A DNA stretch of 64,000 bases from an uncultured Bacilli bacterium. Its GTDB lineage: Bacteria > Bacillota_I > Bacilli_A > RF39 > UBA660. The DNA lies in NCBI GenBank assembly GCA_947586825.1, contig CANPXU010000001.1, positions 11,815 through 75,814 of the forward strand, read 5' to 3'. Under the pieces are notes generated by a model. That model was given only the letters and a program-made list of their open reading frames with translations, did no database searches and had not been told where the DNA came from. Below are positions 19,734 to 29,404 of this stretch, piece by piece (within the stretch, counting starts at the first letter, position 1; each line of letters opens with the position of its first letter). The position numbers and the translations under genes were made by a program.

Positions 19734-19991
19734 CTATTTACTATAGTAATCCATTTCATCCAGTTCTCTTGCTACCTCTTCTAGTTCATCATCTTCATCA
19801 ATATCCATTTCATTAATAGCAAACATTAACTCTTTAGTATTATTATATTTTTTATAATCAATATTATTTCTTGCTAATACCTTAACTTGATAATCGGATA
19901 AAGCCATGCCATTTTCTCTTGTTTTTAACCATGAATCATCTTTAGGTAAAGTATTTTCTAATTCTTCTTTTTCCATATCATTCATCTCCAT
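19734..19991 (-). CDS. Hypothetical small acidic protein
   Basis: 85-aa ORF with coding-like composition. No recognised motif. Confidence 0.4.
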   Translation of the reverse strand: MEMNDMEKEELENTLPKDDSWLKTRENGMALSDYQVKVLARNNIDYKKYNNTKELMFAINEMDIDEDDELEEVARELDEMDYYSK

Positions 19992-20065
19992 ATATTATGT
20001 TCAATTTCATATATAATTATATCTTAATCCATTTAAAAAGCCAACTTTTGATTGGCTTTTGTTTA

Positions 20066-20449
20066 CTAATTTATAGATATTGTTTTCTTAGTTTCAACTA
20101 CTTCTTCTTTAGGAACTGTAATGCTCAATATACCATCATTAAAACTAGCTTGAATTTTATCTTCATCAACATTTCCTAAATAGAATGATCTTTCGCATCT
20201 TTCGTATGATTTTCTTTCACGATGTAGGAACTTCTTACTTTCTTTATCCTCGCTATGTCTTTCAGCGATTATTTTTAGGTTTCCTTTATCACATTCAATT
20301 TTAATGTCTTCTTTTTTGAAACCAGGAGCATCTATATCAATATGATAGGTGTTATCCTTTTCATAAATATCGCATAGCATACCTTGAGGTTTTCTTACAT
20401 CGATATCATCATCGAATAAATCATCAAACAATATTCTTCCAGGTAACAT
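20066..20449 (-). CDS. Hsp20/alpha-crystallin small heat-shock protein
   Basis: 127 aa. Alpha-crystallin layout (DIYEKDNTYHIDIDAPGFKKEDIKIE..LKIIAER..ERSFYL..I.ASFNDGILSITVPK). Confidence 0.85.
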   Translation of the reverse strand: MLPGRILFDDLFDDDIDVRKPQGMLCDIYEKDNTYHIDIDAPGFKKEDIKIECDKGNLKIIAERHSEDKESKKFLHRERKSYERCERSFYLGNVDEDKIQASFNDGILSITVPKEEVVETKKTISIN

Positions 20450-20523
20450 ACCCTTTCACATCCTTTCCTAATTATTAATATAGTACTTCAATGTGAAGAA
20501 ATTGTGAATTTTAACAAATTATA

Positions 20524-20787
20524 CTAATTTTCTTCCTCTTCTTCGTCCATAGCGTCAACTTGATTTTCAAATTCTTCAATCAGTTTAGCTTTTAACGTTT
20601 CATCAGAAACAGGTTCTACTGCAAATTCATTATCTACTACTAACTCTTTAAATAAATCATATGAATCAGTAGGTTCATCATTAACATATTTAGAAGCTAG
20701 AAAATACTTAGAACCATCTTTTTCGGTAGATAATAAAAGTATATATTCGCTACCATCTTCTAAAGTTATTACTTCGTCAATCCCCAT
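20524..20787 (-). CDS. DUF1292-family small acidic protein
   Basis: 87 aa. Pattern ITLEDGSEYILLLSTEKDGSKYFL...; a second family member lies at 52825-53097. Confidence 0.55.
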   Translation of the reverse strand: MGIDEVITLEDGSEYILLLSTEKDGSKYFLASKYVNDEPTDSYDLFKELVVDNEFAVEPVSDETLKAKLIEEFENQVDAMDEEEEEN

Positions 20788-20796
20788 AATATCCTC

Positions 20797-21786
20797 CTAT
20801 CTTGCCATTTGGCTTACTCTTGCGTATCTTTCAATTCTCTTAGCGCCAGAGTTTAATCTTCTATATAATCTTCTTCTTTCTGGAACAGAAGTTTTACTTG
20901 CACCAATAGATTGGTCAAGAGTATCTAATGATATATTATCTTCTTCAGGAGTAAAATTACGATAATTAAGTAATAAATTGCCTATTTGAGTTGTTAAATT
21001 ACGATAATCTTCTGATCTATCAGTAAAATCCTCTCCTAAAGTTGTTACTCTTAATACACTATCACTTCTATCTTGATTACTTCTCCAAGAATGTAGACGA
21101 CGTCCTCTTACTCTAAGAAAGCTTTGATCTGTTGGAACCTCTGCTTTAGCTTCTGGAGTCTCAACAGGTTCTTCATATGTTGTAGTAGTATAAGTCTCTT
21201 CTGGTATAGAAGTATCTGTAGTAGCGGTAGCTTCTACATCACTGCTTTCTTTAGCGTAAGTTGCCCTTTGCCAATCATATTTAATATCATCAGGATCATA
21301 ATCAATATCAATTTCAGGTAAATTAAGGGTTGTTTCTTCAGGTTCTGCTAAAGTAACTGTGCTGGTTTCAACTGCTATATCATCAGCTTTTTTTTTATCA
21401 AATTCTTCAGTACTAGGCAATTCAACTGCCTCTACTGCTTCAGGTTCTACTGCTGTTTCTCTTTCTCTTAATTCACGATTTTTAGAAACCATTCTTTCAA
21501 TAATCGCATTAAGAGATACACCAGTTTTATCGCATAAAGCATTAACCCTTAGAAATAATTCTTCATTTTCCTTAACTAGTCCATCAAGTTGAAGCATCAT
21601 TTCATAAGTAGGTTTTTGGCTTTTAAGAACTCTTTTACCATCGGAAGCAAGTTCAGATAAGGAAGATAAAACTTCATCTTCTACTTCTTTCTTTCTTCTT
21701 TCAATTGTTTCATCAAGTTCTCTTCTTGCATCGCTTTGTACGTGCTCTAATTCTGGTCCTAATAGTCTAATTTCCATTTGACACAC
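20797..21786 (-). CDS. Hypothetical protein, coiled-coil N-terminus and long acidic T/E/P-rich disordered region
   Basis: 329-aa ORF (probable start MEIRLLGP). No recognised catalytic motif. Confidence 0.4.
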   Translation of the reverse strand: MCQMEIRLLGPELEHVQSDARRELDETIERRKKEVEDEVLSSLSELASDGKRVLKSQKPTYEMMLQLDGLVKENEELFLRVNALCDKTGVSLNAIIERMVSKNRELRERETAVEPEAVEAVELPSTEEFDKKKADDIAVETSTVTLAEPEETTLNLPEIDIDYDPDDIKYDWQRATYAKESSDVEATATTDTSIPEETYTTTTYEEPVETPEAKAEVPTDQSFLRVRGRRLHSWRSNQDRSDSVLRVTTLGEDFTDRSEDYRNLTTQIGNLLLNYRNFTPEEDNISLDTLDQSIGASKTSVPERRRLYRRLNSGAKRIERYARVSQMAR

Positions 21787-21851
21787 CCTCTTATCTTATA
21801 TTCTATACATAATAATATTACTATAAAACAAAGGTTAAGTCAAACAAAATA

Positions 21852-24278
21852 TCAGTTATTATCTTCGGTTTCTAGGTTAAGTTCAATATTATTAATTTTA
21901 TAGTCTTCTTCACCTTCATTAAGGGCTAAATTTTCAATAAATAATGTAGCTTTAAAGTCTTTAATAGCACTATTAATAGCATCTTTAACTTCGCTTTTAA
22001 CTGTAAGATCTAAATTCTTAATAGGTGTTTTCAAAGAGACATTATTATTAGTCTTTTCGCCACGAGCATCACTTATAATACTTACTAAGATATCACCAAG
22101 TTTAACTTCTTTACTAAAATCATATTCTAAAGGTTTAATAGTGGTTAAATGAATAGACTTTTCTTCATGGTAAAGTTCACTATATATTTCTTCGGTAATA
22201 AATGGGAAGTAGATACTAAAATCTTGTAATAGTTTATATAAAAGCATATAAACAGTCTTTTGACCTGAATATCTAGGCACTTCGCCAAACTCTTCAGGGC
22301 GATATAAACGATGTTTTACAATTTCAATATAGTTATCACAGAAGTTCCAAAAGAACTTTTCTAAAGTATTAAGAGCAAGTCCTACTTCATAATCATTTAA
22401 GTATTTAATAAAGCTTTTCTCCATTTCGGCAAACTTACCGATAATCCATCTGTCTACGAATTCAAAATCAGTAAATTCTTTATCTTTATAATCAGCCAAA
22501 TGCATTTCAATAAACTTAGCAACATTCCAAAGTTTATTAACTAGTTTCTTACCTCTTAAGAAAGTCTCATCACTATAGATAATATCCGTTCCAAGTCTTC
22601 CAGATCCAGCCCAATATCTTACAACATCGGCAGAATAGTTATTAATTAAATCAATAGGCTCTACTTTGCTATTAGATTTAGATTTACTAATCTTTTCACC
22701 TTTATTAGCCATAACAAAGCCCGAAATCATAACATTATCCCAAGGTCTTTGGCCAAATAAATAAAAACTTTTAACAATTGTATAGAAATCCCAAGTACGA
22801 ATAATATCATGAGCATTAGTTCTAATACTCATTGGTTTTAAGATATCTTCATAGTTATCTTTTTCCCCATAATGCATATTGATAAGTGGTGTACCTGATG
22901 AAGTAGCCCAAGTATCCATTACATCAGTTTCAGGATTAAACTTAGTACATCCACATTTAGGGCACTTATCAATAGGACATTTGTCCACTAAAGGATTAAC
23001 AGGTAAATCTTCCCTTTTAGCAAAGACAGCTTCTCCACATTTATCACAATACCAAACAGGGAATGGTACACCAAAGTATCTTTGTCTTGATATACACCAG
23101 TCCCATGCTACATTATTAACCCATTCATCATATCTTACATGCATATGTTCTGGATACCACTTAATAGTATTGCCCATCTTAATAAAATCATCTTTATGAT
23201 TCATGATATCAATAAACCATTGATTCATAACAGAGTACTCTACTTCTTTGCCACATCTTTCATGGGTTTGTACTTCGTGTTCTAGTTCTTCAATCTTAAC
23301 AACAACACCAGCTTCTTTTAAATCTTCAATTATTTTAGCTCGTGCTTCTTTAATTTTAAGACCACCATAGTTAGGTACTGAATCTATAATCTTACCATCT
23401 TTCGTAAAGATATATTTAAGTGGTAAGTTATATTTTTTCCACCACTCTATATCGGTTTGATCACCAAAAGTACAGCACATAACCACACCAGTACCTTTAG
23501 TAGCATCAACTTTACTATCAGCCATAATAGGTACGTCTATATCAATAACCGGGATATGAGCAGTTTTACCAATTAAATGATTATGCTCTTCATCTTCAGG
23601 ATTAACAAATACACAGACAATGGCGGGTAGTAACTCAGGTCTTGTTGTAGCAATTGTAAAGGTTTCATTATCCTCTACAGTTTTAAAATTAACATAATTA
23701 AATGTTGTTTTAATCGTCTTAGTTTCAAGTTCGGCTTGGGCAATAGAGGTTAAACATTCATTACACCATAAAGCTGGACTTTCTTTGTGATAACATACAC
23801 CTTTATCTACTAAATCAAGGAAAGAAAGTTGGCTTATCTTGATAGTTGAAGGACTAACGGTTTTATATCTTTTACTCCAGTCAGTACTAACACCAAGCTT
23901 TGAGAATAATTCTTTAAATTCAGCTTCATATTTATCCGTTGTTTCATAACAAAGTTTAGAAAAGGCCTCTCTTCCTATTTCATGAGCTTTTTTACCTTGT
24001 TCTTTTTCTACTAATCTTTCTGATGGAAGGCCATTATCATCAAAACCAAATGGATAGAAAATATTATAGCCACATAGTCTTTTGAATCTTGCTATCATCT
24101 CGGTTTGGGAATAAGAGAAAATATGACCAATATGAATCTTACCATTAACTGTTGGCGGAGGAGTATCTATCGAAAATACCTCTCTTTGATCGGGCTTAAA
24201 TTCATATATTTTATTTTCTTGCCAATAATTTAACCATTTACTTTCTTTTTCTAAAGCATTATATTTTTTATCTAACAT
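21852..24278 (-). CDS. valS: Valine--tRNA ligase (short form without C-terminal coiled coil)
   Basis: 808 aa. TPPPTVNGKIHIGH (HIGH), KISKSKSN (KMSKS), FDDNGLPSE and DWCISRQRYFGVPFPVW. The 5' end overlaps the HD gene by 7 nt. Confidence 0.85.
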   Translation of the reverse strand: MLDKKYNALEKESKWLNYWQENKIYEFKPDQREVFSIDTPPPTVNGKIHIGHIFSYSQTEMIARFKRLCGYNIFYPFGFDDNGLPSERLVEKEQGKKAHEIGREAFSKLCYETTDKYEAEFKELFSKLGVSTDWSKRYKTVSPSTIKISQLSFLDLVDKGVCYHKESPALWCNECLTSIAQAELETKTIKTTFNYVNFKTVEDNETFTIATTRPELLPAIVCVFVNPEDEEHNHLIGKTAHIPVIDIDVPIMADSKVDATKGTGVVMCCTFGDQTDIEWWKKYNLPLKYIFTKDGKIIDSVPNYGGLKIKEARAKIIEDLKEAGVVVKIEELEHEVQTHERCGKEVEYSVMNQWFIDIMNHKDDFIKMGNTIKWYPEHMHVRYDEWVNNVAWDWCISRQRYFGVPFPVWYCDKCGEAVFAKREDLPVNPLVDKCPIDKCPKCGCTKFNPETDVMDTWATSSGTPLINMHYGEKDNYEDILKPMSIRTNAHDIIRTWDFYTIVKSFYLFGQRPWDNVMISGFVMANKGEKISKSKSNSKVEPIDLINNYSADVVRYWAGSGRLGTDIIYSDETFLRGKKLVNKLWNVAKFIEMHLADYKDKEFTDFEFVDRWIIGKFAEMEKSFIKYLNDYEVGLALNTLEKFFWNFCDNYIEIVKHRLYRPEEFGEVPRYSGQKTVYMLLYKLLQDFSIYFPFITEEIYSELYHEEKSIHLTTIKPLEYDFSKEVKLGDILVSIISDARGEKTNNNVSLKTPIKNLDLTVKSEVKDAINSAIKDFKATLFIENLALNEGEEDYKINNIELNLETEDNN

Positions 24279-24985
24279 TTAAATCTCTCCTTTATGTAAT
24301 CATTTAATATTTTAAAATATACTTCATATTTTTGGGCTGATAACCTCTTTTGTAATTTTTCTAAAAATTTATTATCTTTTATTATCTTTAAAGACTCTTT
24401 ATATTTTAAATCAAATATAAAAGCCAAAATCAAAAGATTTTTATCTGTAGCATTTTGCACGATTCTATGATCTATAGGCTCATATTTTACAAATTGTTCA
24501 TGCACCTCTTTAGATACTTCATTATCATCTAAAGGCATTAAACCATTTATAGGAGCCATTTGATATAAGATATCAATCTTATCAGCATCTCTAGTAATCC
24601 ATACATATTCTTTTTGATTATCCGTTAATTTACTAGGAACCTTTAATTTATTATGATACATAATAGCTTTAGCTATTGTACTTTCATCTCTTGGTGAAAG
24701 GTCTTTTTTAATAGCTATCTCATTTAAGAATATCTTATATCCTAAATCACCATGATCAATTGTATTTAAATCATCAAATGAATGATACTTTTTAACTTGC
24801 ATAAATCTTCCTATATCATGATATAGTCCACATAGATACGCAAGATCTATAGCTTTATCATCCATCTTTAAGTTCTTAGCTATTAACTTGGTGAGTGAAG
24901 CTACTCTTAAAGAATGCTTATATTTTAGTAGTATCATCTCATCATTCATATCAAATTTACTTACGTACTTTTGAAATATTTCCAT
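24272..24985 (-). CDS. HD-domain phosphohydrolase
   Basis: H..LYHDIGR motif. ATG 24985 is preceded by GGAGAA. The ORF-track ATG 24997 abuts the terminator U-run and has no RBS. Confidence 0.7.
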   Translation of the reverse strand: MEIFQKYVSKFDMNDEMILLKYKHSLRVASLTKLIAKNLKMDDKAIDLAYLCGLYHDIGRFMQVKKYHSFDDLNTIDHGDLGYKIFLNEIAIKKDLSPRDESTIAKAIMYHNKLKVPSKLTDNQKEYVWITRDADKIDILYQMAPINGLMPLDDNEVSKEVHEQFVKYEPIDHRIVQNATDKNLLILAFIFDLKYKESLKIIKDNKFLEKLQKRLSAQKYEVYFKILNDYIKERFKC

Positions 24986-24998
24986 CTTATTCTCCATT

Positions 24999-25215
24999 AA
25001 AAAAAGGTAATACCAAAGGGCGAATTAATCGCGGTACCACCTTTATTTATAACTTAATGCCTTAATGCGGCTTATACATTTTTGCCTACTACTTTTTCAG
25101 CAAAACAACTCGCAAGCTACCTTCATTTAATCTTCTTTAGAAAAGCTTTCAGCTAATAACTTTTCCTCTCTAAAAAGGTAATTAAATTACTCCTCTTGGT
25201 CTTCGTTTTTCAGGT
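24999..25215 (-). promoter_or_regulatory. T-box riboswitch leader with intrinsic terminator, controlling the HD-valS operon
   Basis: Reading the minus strand: AGAGGAGUA (S-turn side), stem AUUUAAU..AUUAAAU, specifier region GAAGGUAG, and the T-box sequence AAAGGUGGUACCGCG (plus 25030-25044). The terminator pairs GGUGGUACC with GGUAUUACC (plus 25006-25014) and is followed by U7. Confidence 0.8.
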
Positions 25216-25217
25216 TA

Positions 25218-25246
25218 ATTATAGCAAAATGCTAATAATTTGGCAA
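25218..25246 (-). promoter_or_regulatory. Sigma-A-type promoter of the T-box/HD/valS transcript
   Basis: Minus strand reads TTGCCA - 17 nt - TATAAT (plus 25241-25246 and 25218-25223). Confidence 0.6.
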
Positions 25247-25249
25247 TCC

Positions 25250-25900
25250 CTATCTTGCAATATCGCCCGTATAGAAACGATAAGCCTTATCAAGCATTGT
25301 TGCTTCCATAAAACCTATTTCTTTTTCAAAATTTTCATTAGCATCATGGTTTCTTGATAAACAATCTATAATACTAGATAAAATAGTTAAATCATCTTCG
25401 AATCCGGGATAAGATACTTCAAGAGCAAATTCTTTTAAAAGAACACATTTATCATAGGAAGATAATTCATCACTAAAAGTGCTTTCAAGGCCAAATACTT
25501 CGTCCATTTTCATACCTTGTAAAAAGGTAATGAGCTCCTCTTTAGTAACAAAGTCTGGTAAATTCTTAGCGATATAATTGTCTACGCCATTCATACAATC
25601 ATCAGTTATTCTATCAGCTAATTTATTTCTTTTTTTAAAGTTAACAGCATATATGATAAAAGAAGCTAGGCTTCCTGCGAGAAATGTCATTGGATACCAA
25701 ACACTTTGATTTACAACATATGACGCTAATGCAGATATACTACAGCCTATACAAAAGACTTTGCCAGCATCAATATTAAAATTCATTTTTTCAATCTCTA
25801 GTTTATAACTCTCACATAATGCTATCGCAGCTCTTTTATATGTTTGAGTTAATTCTTTCTCAACATCTTCTCCTATTTTTTGCATATTTATTCCTTCCAT
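25250..25900 (-). CDS. Uncharacterised membrane protein, paralog 3 of a tandem triplet
   Basis: 216 aa. Two central hydrophobic segments. Conserved C-terminal module LL..FALEVSYPGFEDD...MLDKAYRFYTGDIAR shared with 25908-26483 and 26498-27121. Confidence 0.6.
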   Translation of the reverse strand: MEGINMQKIGEDVEKELTQTYKRAAIALCESYKLEIEKMNFNIDAGKVFCIGCSISALASYVVNQSVWYPMTFLAGSLASFIIYAVNFKKRNKLADRITDDCMNGVDNYIAKNLPDFVTKEELITFLQGMKMDEVFGLESTFSDELSSYDKCVLLKEFALEVSYPGFEDDLTILSSIIDCLSRNHDANENFEKEIGFMEATMLDKAYRFYTGDIAR

Positions 25901-25907
25901 TTAATAC

Positions 25908-26483
25908 TTATCTTGAAAAATCGCCGTTGTAAAACTTATAAGCTTTTTCAAGCATTGTTTGTTCAATTATCTTTAATGCTTCACCATAAGTTTGCATATC
26001 ATCTTCTTCATAACAACCTATACCTTCGATAATATCGCAAAGGATATGGGCATCATCCTCGAATCCTGGATAAGATACTTCTCTAGCATAGCCTATTAAA
26101 AGGTTACATTTATCTTCTAAAGAAAGATTATCATAAGCAGGAATTTCTGGCTCAACGCTCTTTTGAACAGCGATATTCTTTTCATCTTGCTCGGTGCAAT
26201 CTACAATCTTCATAGCTGCTTCTTGAGCATTTTTAACAATACTTTTCTTTTTTAAATATGAGGCAATTGTTATAATTAGACTAATACCTCCGATAAATAT
26301 AGGAGCTGCTAAATTAGCCTCAGGATATATACCTTTTATAATACCTGAAACTGCTAAAATAGCTACAGTGGTACAAGTACCAACATATGCTGCATCACCA
26401 AGTAATGTTATTTCTCGGCTTTTCATATCAACAAGAGTTTCTAATGTAACATCAAATAATGATTTTTTATCTTTATCATCCAT
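25908..26483 (-). CDS. Uncharacterised membrane protein, paralog 2 of a tandem triplet
   Basis: 191 aa. Same architecture as its neighbours; C-terminus LLIGYAREVSYPGFEDD...MLEKAYKFYNGDFSR. Confidence 0.6.
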   Translation of the reverse strand: MDDKDKKSLFDVTLETLVDMKSREITLLGDAAYVGTCTTVAILAVSGIIKGIYPEANLAAPIFIGGISLIITIASYLKKKSIVKNAQEAAMKIVDCTEQDEKNIAVQKSVEPEIPAYDNLSLEDKCNLLIGYAREVSYPGFEDDAHILCDIIEGIGCYEEDDMQTYGEALKIIEQTMLEKAYKFYNGDFSR

Positions 26484-26497
26484 AATTAATAATCCTT

Positions 26498-27121
26498 TTA
26501 TCTTGCCATGTCTTCTGTATAAAAATGGTAGGCTTTATCAAGCATAGCTTTTTCCATAGAGGTAATATTTTCATGAGCTCCTTCAATAGAAAGCATTCCA
26601 TTTTTATAACCCTCTATTACATCTTCAATAAAGGCTACATCTTGTTCATAGTCTGGATATGCTACTTCTTCGGCATATGATATTAAAAGATTTCCTGCTT
26701 CCTCTAAAGCAAATAAATCTTTATCTGGCTCATTTTCTTCATTTGGTGTAATAGCAACATCAAAGCCAAATGGGAAAGACATAAGCATATCATCTTCAAT
26801 GAATGGGAATATTTCTTTCATTAACTCCAAGGCTATTTGTTTTTCTGTATCAAACTCAGCTTTTTTAGCTACATCCTTAATTATAGCTTTCTTTCTTAGA
26901 TGAGCAATTATATTGGCAATAAGTGCGAGTGCACTGAAAACTGAAGAAGCTACAACACTATTATCAGGAACAGTAACCATTGTAAAAGCCGTTGCACAAA
27001 TTGAGCCTATAAAAGCCCCATTTGATATATTTATAACACTTTCCCAAAAATCAAGACGGTGCATATTTTCTTTTAAATATTTTCTTAAAGCTTCTTTATA
27101 TATTTCTTCTATATTATCCAT
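26498..27121 (-). CDS. Uncharacterised membrane protein, paralog 1 of a tandem triplet
   Basis: 207 aa. Same architecture as its neighbours; C-terminus LLISYAEEVAYPDYEQD...MLDKAYHFYTEDMAR. Confidence 0.6.
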   Translation of the reverse strand: MDNIEEIYKEALRKYLKENMHRLDFWESVINISNGAFIGSICATAFTMVTVPDNSVVASSVFSALALIANIIAHLRKKAIIKDVAKKAEFDTEKQIALELMKEIFPFIEDDMLMSFPFGFDVAITPNEENEPDKDLFALEEAGNLLISYAEEVAYPDYEQDVAFIEDVIEGYKNGMLSIEGAHENITSMEKAMLDKAYHFYTEDMAR

Positions 27122-27181
27122 AATTCCAATACCCCTTTGTGGTACGAGCTATTATAAATAAAAAAAGAGCTAAAGTCAAGT

Positions 27182-27616
27182 TTAGCTCTTTCCATTATCT
27201 TTTTTCGTTAAGGCTTCTCTAAGTCCTCTGTAGGGTAAAAAAGCACATGACTTACGAGAATTTTGCTTATAGATGTCGGAATACACAACGGCATTTCCTA
27301 AGACATCTTCCGAATATTCTTTTTCATTAATCATATTTTCAAAGTTATCTATGATATTTAAAGCTTCTTCTCTCGTCTTCCCTATCAGATTTTCAATCAT
27401 AATTGAAGTTGATGAAATGCTTATAGCACATGCTTCACCTTCGAAAGCGATATCTTTTATAACATCACCATCGTATTTAATGTAGATATTTAGATTATCA
27501 ATACATGAACTATTAGCCGTATTTACCATATCATAGCTTTTATCATCAACATGATGACGATGTAAAGGATTTTGATAATGTTCCATTATTATTTCTCTTT
27601 TAATTTCCGGATCCAT
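27182..27616 (-). CDS. sufU: SufU/IscU-like Fe-S cluster scaffold/sulfur acceptor
   Basis: 144 aa. Motifs NSSCIDNL, GEACAISISSTSIM and RKSCAFLP (three Cys ligands). Confidence 0.8.
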   Translation of the reverse strand: MDPEIKREIIMEHYQNPLHRHHVDDKSYDMVNTANSSCIDNLNIYIKYDGDVIKDIAFEGEACAISISSTSIMIENLIGKTREEALNIIDNFENMINEKEYSEDVLGNAVVYSDIYKQNSRKSCAFLPYRGLREALTKKDNGKS

Positions 27617-28824
27617 TATAACATCTCCTTAACTATCTTATCTTTATTTGAAAGTAGTTCTACTAAAGTATCTATCTCACTTTCCGTATTATAAAAAGCA
27701 AGACTTACTCTTAACGAATTAGTTACTTTCGTAGCATTTTTAAGTATCTTAGCACAGTGATTACCTGCTCTTACACATACTTTATACTTATTTAGATAAA
27801 AAGCTACATCTTGGGAGAAAATACCCTCGACATTAAAACTAACAATACCGCTGTCAGCCTCTAAATTAATGATATCGATATAGGGAATTTTAATTAATTT
27901 ATCTATTAAATACTTACGAAGATATAACTCTCTTTCATTTATTTTATCCATTCCTATTTTATTAAGATAATCTATGGCAGAACCAAAGGCTATAACACTC
28001 GCAATATTAGGGGTTCCCGCTTCTAGTCTTGTCGGAATATCTTTAAGAAGGATTTCACTAGGGCTATCAAAGCTTTCATTCATTCCTCCTCCTAGATTAA
28101 TAGGATTCAAATTTTCTAAAAGTTCTTTCTTACCATATAAGATACCAAGTCCCGTAGGGCCATACATTTTATGCGCTGAAAAAGCTAGGAAATCACAATC
28201 TAAATCTTTAACATCAACTTTTTTATGAGGAACACTTTGAGCACCATCAACGACAACAAATATGTTATTCTCATGAGCAAATTTACATATTTCTTTAATT
28301 GGTCTTACATCCCCGATTACATTAGTAATTTCTGCTATAGCAATTATTTTCGTATTTGGTGTAACCATCTTTTTAACATTATCTAAAGTTACATGATAAT
28401 TACTATCAAGAGGAATATACTTTACTATAGCTCCTTTTTCATTTTGAAGTCTAAACCAAGGTAACACATTGGAAGCATGTTCACTTGTTGTAATTAATAT
28501 CTCGTCACCAGCTTCAATTAGAGGAGCGAAAAAACCCGTAGCTATCATATTAAGAGAATCAGTAGCACCAGAAGTAAAAACGATTTCTTCACTATCCGCA
28601 TTAAGAAATTCAGCAACCTTTTCTCTAGTACCTTCATACTCTTGATCTACTTTATAAGAGATATCATAATCGCCCCGATGGGCATTAGCTGAGTATTTAG
28701 AATAATATTCTACCGTTTTATCAATGACACATTTAGGTTTTAAACTAGTAGCACCATTATCTAAATATATGATATCTTCCTCTAGCATTGGAAAATCTTC
28801 TCTATTCATCCTGTTCCTTTCCAT
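27616..28824 (-). CDS. sufS: Cysteine desulfurase SufS (class V aminotransferase)
   Basis: Motifs YLDNGATS, SAHKMYGPTGLGILYG (PLP Lys) and RAGNHCA (catalytic Cys). The start is probably MNREDFP at 28806. Confidence 0.85.
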   Translation of the reverse strand: MERNRMNREDFPMLEEDIIYLDNGATSLKPKCVIDKTVEYYSKYSANAHRGDYDISYKVDQEYEGTREKVAEFLNADSEEIVFTSGATDSLNMIATGFFAPLIEAGDEILITTSEHASNVLPWFRLQNEKGAIVKYIPLDSNYHVTLDNVKKMVTPNTKIIAIAEITNVIGDVRPIKEICKFAHENNIFVVVDGAQSVPHKKVDVKDLDCDFLAFSAHKMYGPTGLGILYGKKELLENLNPINLGGGMNESFDSPSEILLKDIPTRLEAGTPNIASVIAFGSAIDYLNKIGMDKINERELYLRKYLIDKLIKIPYIDIINLEADSGIVSFNVEGIFSQDVAFYLNKYKVCVRAGNHCAKILKNATKVTNSLRVSLAFYNTESEIDTLVELLSNKDKIVKEML

Positions 28825-29404
28825 AATTTATTTGTTTTAAAAATTCTTTATCAAATAAATTAAATAAAAAACTTTTCTTTAATATCTTTATTGCTTCTTC
28901 TTTACTTATACCTTTTGTTTGTAGATAAAAAAGTTCCTCTAAAGGATAATGACCGATGGTAGCGTAGTGCTCTGCTTTAACTTCACTCGTATCAATTTCT
29001 AAAATAGGCATAAAGTTTAAAGTACCATCTTCCAAAATACCTTTTAAATCTTCCACTACTTCATTATCTTTAGTATTTTCGTTAACAGATACTTTAGCAT
29101 TAACAGTGCCATGATTTTCTAAAGCAATAGCTCTAAAATTAAGAATATAATGATTATTATTGCCTAAAACATTACCATTAATATTAATAGTGGTATCACT
29201 TCTTGCAAATCCTGAGAAATTAATGACAACATAACTGTTATTATTTTGGGTAGTTTTAATATCTACACTTTTAAATGAGTTATTAAAGATATTTATAATA
29301 AGCATCTCATTATCATTTAAAACATACTCTAGGCTTTCATCATTATCAATTAGATTAACTACTTTTTTATCCATTAGTATTTTATTCACTTTTTCCATCT
29401 TCAT
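28802..29404 (-). CDS. Short SufD/SufB-family protein (about 200 aa; C-terminal beta-helix core only)
   Basis: C-terminus ..AEHYATIGHYPLEELFYLQTKGISKEEAIKILKKSF resembles the SufB/D C-terminal signature. Lies between sufC and sufS. Roughly half the usual SufD length. Confidence 0.6.
   Translation of the reverse strand: MKMEKVNKILMDKKVVNLIDNDESLEYVLNDNEMLIINIFNNSFKSVDIKTTQNNNSYVVINFSGFARSDTTININGNVLGNNNHYILNFRAIALENHGTVNAKVSVNENTKDNEVVEDLKGILEDGTLNFMPILEIDTSEVKAEHYATIGHYPLEELFYLQTKGISKEEAIKILKKSFLFNLFDKEFLKQINYGKEQDE

Noticed and set aside
20797-21786. The 329-aa acidic disordered protein appears somewhat more GC-rich than its surroundings, so it could be foreign DNA.
   Set aside because: I cannot compute composition reliably by eye. 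The enrichment is explained by E/T/P/A/R codon usage in a disordered protein, and the flanking genes are housekeeping with tight spacing.
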